DNA of 24,000 bases, taken from positions 5,059 through 29,058 of the forward strand of contig NZ_AFPK01000039.1 of assembly GCF_000220525.1 (NCBI RefSeq). The letters are read 5' to 3'. A program made the translations under genes and the position numbers. The notes under the pieces were generated by a model. It did not search any database. It saw only the letters and a program-made list of their open reading frames with translations, and had not been told where the DNA came from. Positions 17,901-24,000 of this stretch are shown here, piece after piece; position 1 is the first letter of the stretch; every line of letters begins with the position of its first letter. This stretch comes from Ochrovirga pacifica (GTDB lineage Bacteria > Bacteroidota > Bacteroidia > Flavobacteriales > Flavobacteriaceae).

Positions 17901-19476
17901 TTTGGAATATATACCAAACTTTATTGATCGTAAACACGGACGTGAAGAAATTGTGTACGATTTGCCTATTATGGAAAAATATTTGGCCGAGACATACGGA
18001 ATTACCGTTTATCAAGAGCAAGTAATGTTGCTGTCTCAGCTATTGGCAGATTTTACCAAAGGTCAGGCAGATACCTTACGTAAAGCCATGGGTAAAAAAC
18101 AAATGGCCGTACTAGAAAAAATGAAGCCTTTGTTTATAAAACAGGCTTCTGAAAAAGGTCATGATGCCAAAAAACTAGAAAAAATTTGGAAAGACTGGGA
18201 AGCTTTTGCTTCTTATGCCTTTAACAAATCTCACTCTACTTGTTATGCTTGGGTGGCATTTCAAACAGCTTACTTAAAAGCCCACTACCCTGCCGAATAT
18301 ATGGCTGCTGTTCTGTCTAATAACATGAACGACATAAAACAAGTTACGTTTTTTATGGAAGAATGTAAGCGTATGGGCTTAGAAGTTCTAGGTCCAGATG
18401 TTAACGAATCTTATGCAAAATTCTCTGTAAACGACCAAGGAGCTGTACGTTTTGGTATGGCTGCTATTAAAGGGGTTGGAGGAATTGCTGTTGACTCTAT
18501 TGTTGCCGAACGTAAAGAAAATGGTCCCTATACTTCTATTTTTGATGTTGCCAAACGTGTAGATTTAAGAACCTGTAACAAAAAAGCTTTTGAAGGTTTG
18601 GCTCTAGCTGGGGGATTTGACTCTTTTGAAGGTGTGCACCGAGCCCAATTTTTTGCTACAGACGAAAAAGGAATTACTTTTTTAGAACGTGCCATGAAAT
18701 TTGGAAATGCTTATCAACAAAGTCTTAACTCTTCTCAGGTTTCTTTATTTGGAGAAGCTTCTGATATTCAACTACCAGAACCTATTATTCCTGCCTGTGA
18801 CACTTGGGGTACTATGGAAACTTTGTCTAAAGAGAAAGAAGTGATAGGAATCTACATTTCAGCACATCCTTTAGATGATTTTAAAAATGAAATGAAATTT
18901 ACCAGTGATAAAATCAACTTATTTAAAGAAGATTTAAAAAAATATGTTGGTAAAAAATTCTCTTTTGCAGGAATTTTAACAGATGCACAACATAGAATTG
19001 CTAAAAATGGAAATGGATGGGGAGCTTTTACCATGGAAGACTACACGGACTCTCATGAATTTCGTTTGTTTGGAGAAGATTATATGCGATTTAGACACTT
19101 ACTGGTTCCTAACTCATTTTTACATATTAGTGGTGTAATTCAAAAAGGATGGATGCAACAAAATGGTACCGAAGGAGAACCTAGAGTTAAATTTTCTGAT
19201 TTTATGTTGCTGTCTGATGTTTTGGAAAAAAAATGTAAAAAAATTACTTTTAAACTTACTCTTAACGAAATTAAAAAAGAACGTGTAGCACAACTAGAAA
19301 TGTTGTTAAGCGGTTATAGTGCCAAAGATGCCAAGCAAGTAGTTGGATTTAATATCGTGTCGCAAAAACACAAAATTGATATAGAAATGCCATCCAGAAC
19401 TTATAAACTAAATCTAAATGCTGAACTTTTTGGCTACTTAGATAAAGAAGGTTTTGAATATAAACTGAGTTCATAA
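14974..19476 (+). CDS. dnaE: DNA polymerase III alpha subunit DnaE with fused N-terminal DEDDh 3'-5' exonuclease (epsilon-like) domain
   Basis: This is a 1500-aa ORF. Residues 1..~225 carry Exo I 'IFDTETTGL', Exo II 'GQNVGFDVNIM' and Exo III 'HNATADVEAT'. The PHP domain starts at 'FAHLHNHTQYS' (about residue 296). Pol III alpha core blocks are present ('GYPGYFLIVEDFI', 'GPGRGSAAGS', 'MPDIDIDF', 'DFLGLKTLT', 'GIFQYES', 'FNKSHS'). Confidence 0.95.
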   Translation: MYLIFDTETTGLPKSYKAPMTDTDNWPRCIQIAWQLHDEMGQVLEHDNFMIQPDGFNIPFDSEKVHGISTELAQEQGIALQEGLDRFNKVLTKTKFIVGQNVGFDVNIMGAEFYRMGMTPNYKTLQYHELDLESYNFATKKNKEDTWTFDDLSEEDKNKLGILDTCTEYTANLCQIPGGRGGKFKLPTLTELHHYLFGVGFGEAHNATADVEATTRCFFELIRREHFTSEQLDVPPTYFTEFKKVNPSPIQIIGLKHLNLKQESKKIRKRQAQQEGAKGKGISVKEGLERLKNVSFAHLHNHTQYSILQSTIEIGNLVNAAGNDNMSAVAMTDIGNMMAAFHFTNAVDGYNKGIQAKRKAAEENGEEFSQKDLIPIVGCELNVCEDHLNKNVKDNGYQVVFLAKNKKGYHNLAKMSSIAYVEGFYYVPRISKKVVEQYKEDIIVLTGSLTGEVASKILNVGENQAEEALLWWKEQFQDDLYIELMRHGQEDENVVNKVLLNFSKKHHIKVVATNNTYYLKQEEANAHDILLCVKDGEKQATPIGRGRGYRYGLPNDQYYFKSTDEMKELFADVPQAIINIQHLVAKITPFTLARDVLLPAFDIPEQFRDDKDLEDGGKRGENNFLRHLVYKGAEERYEEITDSIRERLDLELGVIANTGYPGYFLIVEDFIRAARNMGVSVGPGRGSAAGSAAAYCLGITNIDPIQYDLLFERFLNPERISMPDIDIDFDDEGRGRVIDYVIDKYGANQVAQIITYGTMAAKSSIRDTARVLDLPLFEADQIAKLIPGIKLKNIWGDDPKSKGKRDGLRSEEKEMIQELIRLADEDTPISETINKARILEGSVRNTGIHACGVIITPDDITKFVPVSIAKDSDMYVTQFDNSVVESAGLLKMDFLGLKTLTLIKHTCEIVKARHGVELDPESFPIDDQKTYELFQKGETVGIFQYESPGMQKYMRELKPTVFADLIAMNALYRPGPLEYIPNFIDRKHGREEIVYDLPIMEKYLAETYGITVYQEQVMLLSQLLADFTKGQADTLRKAMGKKQMAVLEKMKPLFIKQASEKGHDAKKLEKIWKDWEAFASYAFNKSHSTCYAWVAFQTAYLKAHYPAEYMAAVLSNNMNDIKQVTFFMEECKRMGLEVLGPDVNESYAKFSVNDQGAVRFGMAAIKGVGGIAVDSIVAERKENGPYTSIFDVAKRVDLRTCNKKAFEGLALAGGFDSFEGVHRAQFFATDEKGITFLERAMKFGNAYQQSLNSSQVSLFGEASDIQLPEPIIPACDTWGTMETLSKEKEVIGIYISAHPLDDFKNEMKFTSDKINLFKEDLKKYVGKKFSFAGILTDAQHRIAKNGNGWGAFTMEDYTDSHEFRLFGEDYMRFRHLLVPNSFLHISGVIQKGWMQQNGTEGEPRVKFSDFMLLSDVLEKKCKKITFKLTLNEIKKERVAQLEMLLSGYSAKDAKQVVGFNIVSQKHKIDIEMPSRTYKLNLNAELFGYLDKEGFEYKLSS

Positions 19477-19515
19477 TACATCTCTTATCTTAGAGGCTCA
19501 ATAAAAAACTGCTAT

Positions 19516-19926
19516 ATGAAATTAATTACAATTCAAGTTTTTGAAAATTATTTTGAAGCCCATATTCTAAAATCTCGTTTAGAGAATGATGGAATCAAAT
19601 GCTTTATTCATGATGAAAACATGGTGAGTCTAAATCCACTGTACAACGTAACTCTTGGCGGAATTAAATTAAAGGTTGAAGAACATGATGTTAAAAAAGC
19701 TAAAACTATTATAAGTGAAATAGAAAACACGTCGTTAACAAACGATCACAATCAGGCTATTCGCTGTCCAAACTGTGGGTCAGAAAATATTTATGCCCAT
19801 TTTAAATCCATCAAAAGTATAAAAGCTTTGTTTGCTATGCTCCTTTCTTTTCTGCTTTTTATTTATCCACCTTACTACAAAACATTAAGCAAATGCAAAG
19901 AATGTGGCTCTGAATTTAAGCACTAG
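19516..19926 (+). CDS. DUF2007-domain (putative signal-transducing) protein with C-terminal CxxC...CxxC pair flanking a hydrophobic segment
   Basis: This is a 136-aa ORF. The N-terminal ~70 aa, 'MKLITIQVFENYFEAHILKSRLENDGIKCFIHDEN...GGIKLKVEEHDVKKAKTII', fit the DUF2007 pattern. The C-terminal half reads 'CPNCGS', then the hydrophobic 'ALFAMLLSFLLFIYPPYY', then 'CKECGS'. It begins 39 bp after dnaE and is probably co-transcribed with it. Confidence 0.7.
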   Translation: MKLITIQVFENYFEAHILKSRLENDGIKCFIHDENMVSLNPLYNVTLGGIKLKVEEHDVKKAKTIISEIENTSLTNDHNQAIRCPNCGSENIYAHFKSIKSIKALFAMLLSFLLFIYPPYYKTLSKCKECGSEFKH

Positions 19927-20042
19927 AATAAAATCTTTTTTTGTTATTTGAAAATCAATATTTGGTAACAAAATGTATGAATAAAGACAAAAAAAGCATC
20001 ACAAAACACACCCTTTTTTTTGAATTACTATAATTTGCTTTG

Positions 20043-20071
20043 GACAATCATACATCACTTTAATGATTGTC
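20043..20071. promoter_or_regulatory. Perfect 9-bp inverted repeat (GACAATCAT-N11-ATGATTGTC) upstream of the sulfatase gene
   Basis: GACAATCAT (20043..20051) and ATGATTGTC (20063..20071) are exact reverse complements. No T-tract follows, so this is not a terminator. It lies about 48 nt upstream of the sulfatase ATG, just after a near-consensus -7-like 'TATAATTTG' at 20032..20040. Its function is unknown; it could be an operator or a 5'-UTR hairpin. Confidence 0.3.
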
Positions 20072-20118
20072 TACACAACTATATACTACTAAAAAACAAA
20101 TCTTTATTCAGTAAAATT

Positions 20119-21558
20119 ATGCAGATGAAAAAACTATATTCCCTAGGTTTCTTTTTGTTAACAACCTTAATTTCTTATGCACAAAAGCCAAATTTGGTTA
20201 TTATTCATACAGACGAACACAATTTTAGAACCTTAAGTTGCTACAGAGATAACTTACCTGAAAATGAAGCCTATGTATGGGGAAAAGGTCTAGGAGTTAA
20301 AACTACCAATATTGATAAGATTGCCAAACAAGGAGCTATTTGTATGAATTATTATGTTACTTCTCCTGTATGTGCTCCCTCTAGAGGTTCCTTAATTTCT
20401 GGTTTGTATAGACAACATCATGGAGTTACCAAAAATGAACTTCCTATTAAAAAAAATACAAAAACCATTGCACATATTTTAAGCGAAAATGGGTACGCAA
20501 CATCCTACGTAGGCAAATGGCATTTAGGAGATGAAAGAAAAAAATACAAGTTTACAGAAACCTACAAAGGTGGTTTTTTGGATAACGAATTTATGATGAA
20601 TAAAGGCCATAACCCATACTTTATGATGAAAAATGGTAAAGTAATTGGTGCTATGAACGATAAAAAATACGAATCTGCAGCTGATAAAAGCAATATCGTA
20701 CATGCAACCGATTTTTTTGTAGACAAAACCATAGAAATCATCAACAGAGATCATCAACAACCTTTTTTTGTTATGGTTTCTATTCCAGATCCTCACACTC
20801 CAGATTATGCAAAACCGCCCTACAATTCTTTGTACAATCATCTAGACTTACAAGCCCCTGAAACCATGAGTGCCACAAGTATTAAAAACCGACCTGAATG
20901 GGCAAACAATAAAAAAAACGATGTAAGCCATGAAGGATTTAAACCGCAAAAGCTGAAACAATATTTTGGAATGGTTAAACACATTGATGATCGAATAGGA
21001 GACATTCTAAAAACCTTAGATAAACTACAAATTTCTGACAATACCATTTTAATTTTTACCTCAGACCATGGTGATATGTTTTACGAACATGGTAGAATGA
21101 ACAAAAGTGTACCTTATGATGCTGCTATGAAAGTACCTTTTGTAATACGATATCCTAAAAAAATTAAAGCTCAAAAAATTATAGAAACCGTTCAAAACAA
21201 CGTAGATTTTGTTCCCACGATGTTAGGTATTATGAATATACAAACATCCGTTGCGTTTGACGGAGACAACAATGCTTCTGATTTTTTATCCAAAGAAGCA
21301 CATGTTAATCGACCTAATTACATTCACGTTTCATCAGCTTCTAATTCTTGGGTTGCTTTGGTAAATAAAAAATACAAATTAATTTTACACAAGCAATACA
21401 CTCCTACCTTGTTTGATTTAGACAAAGACCCTCATGAAACTACAAACGTTTTTAACACTAAAGGCTATCAAAAAATTTCAGAAAAATTGAAAGATATATT
21501 AATCAAACGAATGAAAAAACACAATGAAATTGCCTACCATAAAGGCTTACAATATTAG
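20119..21558 (+). CDS. Secreted sulfatase (formylglycine-dependent arylsulfatase family)
   Basis: The track ORF begins at the TTG at 20020. The ATG at 20119 (or at 20125) gives a proper signal peptide, 'MQMKKLYSLGFFLLTTLISYAQ'. The sulfatase signature C-x-P-x-R-x4-(S/T)G is present as 'CAPSRGSLISG', preceded by 'LVIIHTDEH'. Downstream blocks 'GKWHLG' and 'FTSDHGD' are also present. Confidence 0.85.
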   Translation: MQMKKLYSLGFFLLTTLISYAQKPNLVIIHTDEHNFRTLSCYRDNLPENEAYVWGKGLGVKTTNIDKIAKQGAICMNYYVTSPVCAPSRGSLISGLYRQHHGVTKNELPIKKNTKTIAHILSENGYATSYVGKWHLGDERKKYKFTETYKGGFLDNEFMMNKGHNPYFMMKNGKVIGAMNDKKYESAADKSNIVHATDFFVDKTIEIINRDHQQPFFVMVSIPDPHTPDYAKPPYNSLYNHLDLQAPETMSATSIKNRPEWANNKKNDVSHEGFKPQKLKQYFGMVKHIDDRIGDILKTLDKLQISDNTILIFTSDHGDMFYEHGRMNKSVPYDAAMKVPFVIRYPKKIKAQKIIETVQNNVDFVPTMLGIMNIQTSVAFDGDNNASDFLSKEAHVNRPNYIHVSSASNSWVALVNKKYKLILHKQYTPTLFDLDKDPHETTNVFNTKGYQKISEKLKDILIKRMKKHNEIAYHKGLQY

Positions 21559-21718
21559 CAACATCTTAATCTTTAGAAAACTTTCTTTTTTAATAAAACT
21601 ATCTAAAAATCGAGCTATTTTTCAAATTTAAGGTAAAATTACTCTACTTTGGTTTACTATTTGATGCTTTTTCATTAAGCACGATATTGTGCTCAATCTT
21701 TAGTGATGCTCACTCTAG

Positions 21719-21732
21719 CTTGTGTTCACAAG
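21719..21732. promoter_or_regulatory. 14-bp perfect palindrome CTTGTGTTCACAAG upstream of the SDR gene (candidate operator)
   Basis: CTTGTG-TT-CACAAG is self-complementary with a 2-nt centre, which is too tight for a stable hairpin loop. It lies 46 nt upstream of the ATG at 21778 and is immediately followed by a -7-like 'TAGTTTTT'. The binding factor is unknown. Confidence 0.25.
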
Positions 21733-21777
21733 TATAGTTTTTTCTGATACAACATCACACCAAAAATAAATCAGCAT

Positions 21778-22422
21778 ATGAAAGTATTGATTATTGGAGC
21801 CAATGGAAATATTGGTCAACAAGTAGCTCAAAAACTAAAAAAATCAAATCATCAACCTATAGCAATGTTACGCAAACCTGAACAGCAAGCAACATTTGCA
21901 GAAAAAGGAATAAACACTGTTATTGCAGATTTAGAAGAAGATTTTCAACACGCATACAAAGGAATTGATGCAGTGATATTTACTGCTGGTAGTGGCGGAC
22001 ATACCTCTGATGAGAAAACACATTTAATAGACAGACAGGGAGCTAAAAAAGCCATCGACTTAGCAATAAAAAACAAAATAGATCGATTTGTTATGGTAAG
22101 TTCTATGGGATCTGGACAATCACAAGAAAATTGGCCTAAAGATTTAATTCCGTATCTACAAGCAAAAACAGATGCAGACGAACACCTGCTTCATAGTGGA
22201 TTGAATTACACAATTTTAATGCCGGGGACCTTAACAGACAAATCTGCAACCAATAACATTACATTAAGTAGTGATTTAGAACAAAAAGGCAAAACAGTTC
22301 CCCGTACTGATGTTGCAACAGTAATTACCAAAGTTATAGACCATCCTAATGCGTACGAAAAAAGTTTTGAATTTGTAAGCGGTGAAACCCCTATAGATAC
22401 AGCTTTGCAACAAATTGCTTAA
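21778..22422 (+). CDS. NAD(P)H-binding SDR-family (atypical SDR / NmrA-YhfK-like) oxidoreductase
   Basis: This is a 214-aa ORF with the Rossmann N-terminus 'MKVLIIGANGNIGQ'. The size and layout, including 'FVMVSSMG' and the 'YLQAKTDADE' Y-x3-K region, are typical of NAD(P)-binding atypical SDRs. Confidence 0.8.
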   Translation: MKVLIIGANGNIGQQVAQKLKKSNHQPIAMLRKPEQQATFAEKGINTVIADLEEDFQHAYKGIDAVIFTAGSGGHTSDEKTHLIDRQGAKKAIDLAIKNKIDRFVMVSSMGSGQSQENWPKDLIPYLQAKTDADEHLLHSGLNYTILMPGTLTDKSATNNITLSSDLEQKGKTVPRTDVATVITKVIDHPNAYEKSFEFVSGETPIDTALQQIA

Positions 22423-22455
22423 CAGCATCCGTATACATACAAATGTATATTTTAG

Positions 22456-22486
22456 AATACCTCCGTAGAATTACGGAGGTATTTTT
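22456..22486 (+). terminator. Rho-independent terminator downstream of the SDR gene
   Basis: A perfect 11-bp stem, ATACCTCCGTA (22457..22467) with TACGGAGGTAT (22472..22482), encloses a GAAT loop and is followed by TTTTT. It lies about 35 nt after the stop codon. Confidence 0.75.
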
Positions 22487-22599
22487 ATATTTTCCTATTT
22501 TGTGTTATAAATTCAACATATAGTACACAGGATAAGACAAAAGTTACTCTATATTGTTGGATTCAGATTGTATTTTAGCACATTCAACTAGATGATTAA

Positions 22600-24000
<1,401 letters not shown>

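Noticed and set aside
20020-20118. A 33-codon N-terminal extension of the sulfatase ORF from the TTG at 20020 ('MNYYNLLWTIIHHFNDCLHNYILLKNKSLFSKI'), and similarly the TTG at 12482 as start of the KAS gene.
   Set aside because: The internal ATGs (20119 and 12509) give a proper signal peptide and the canonical KAS N-terminus respectively. The sulfatase extension would bury the signal peptide and would cover the inverted repeat and promoter-like sequence.
10365-21558. The idea that GldJ's FGE-like domain matures the Cys-type sulfatase encoded 8 kb away.
   Set aside because: GldJ is an established gliding-motility lipoprotein. The two genes are separated by several unrelated transcription units with terminators. 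The adjacency is most simply explained as coincidence.
21573-21590. A possible terminator after the sulfatase gene (AGAAA-AC-TTTCT followed by a T-run).
   Set aside because: The stem is only 5 bp, all A/T plus one G:C, with a 2-nt loop. It is too weak to call.

Overview
This is an AT-rich chromosomal segment whose gene content and synteny match a core-genome region of a Flavobacteriaceae (Bacteroidota) genome.

Gene order, left to right:
- the N-terminal part of a large TamB/AsmA-like envelope protein (minus strand, runs off the left edge)
- tsaD (+)
- a FabH-like KAS III condensing enzyme (-)
- the type IX secretion genes porV and porU (-), divergent from the gliding-motility lipoprotein gene gldJ (+)
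- a small cupin (-)
- a KAS I/II-like condensing enzyme, followed 42 bp later by biotin synthase bioB (+)
- a 1500-aa DNA polymerase III alpha subunit with an N-terminal epsilon-like DEDDh exonuclease domain (+)
- a small DUF2007 plus CxxC-pair protein (+)
- a secreted formylglycine-type sulfatase (+)
- an NAD(P)-binding SDR-type protein (+)
- the first 464 codons of a secreted GH2 beta-galactosidase (+, runs off the right edge)

Four clean rho-independent terminators are visible, one of them bidirectional.

I found no tRNA or rRNA, CRISPR array, transposase or integrase, phage genes, or defence or toxin-type genes. Coding density is high and every long ORF fits a well-known family. I therefore see no convincing evidence for an undescribed multi-gene system here, and the window looks like ordinary housekeeping and T9SS/gliding DNA.

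The items most worth a second look are:
- the KAS I/II-like gene apparently co-transcribed with an otherwise isolated bioB
- the exonuclease-DnaE fusion
- a terminator/promoter overlap between porV and the KAS III gene
- an unresolved non-ATG start of the TamB-like gene that would overlap tsaD head-to-head
- a few intergenic repeats and palindromes

All family assignments come from reading the translations by eye. No database search was run.
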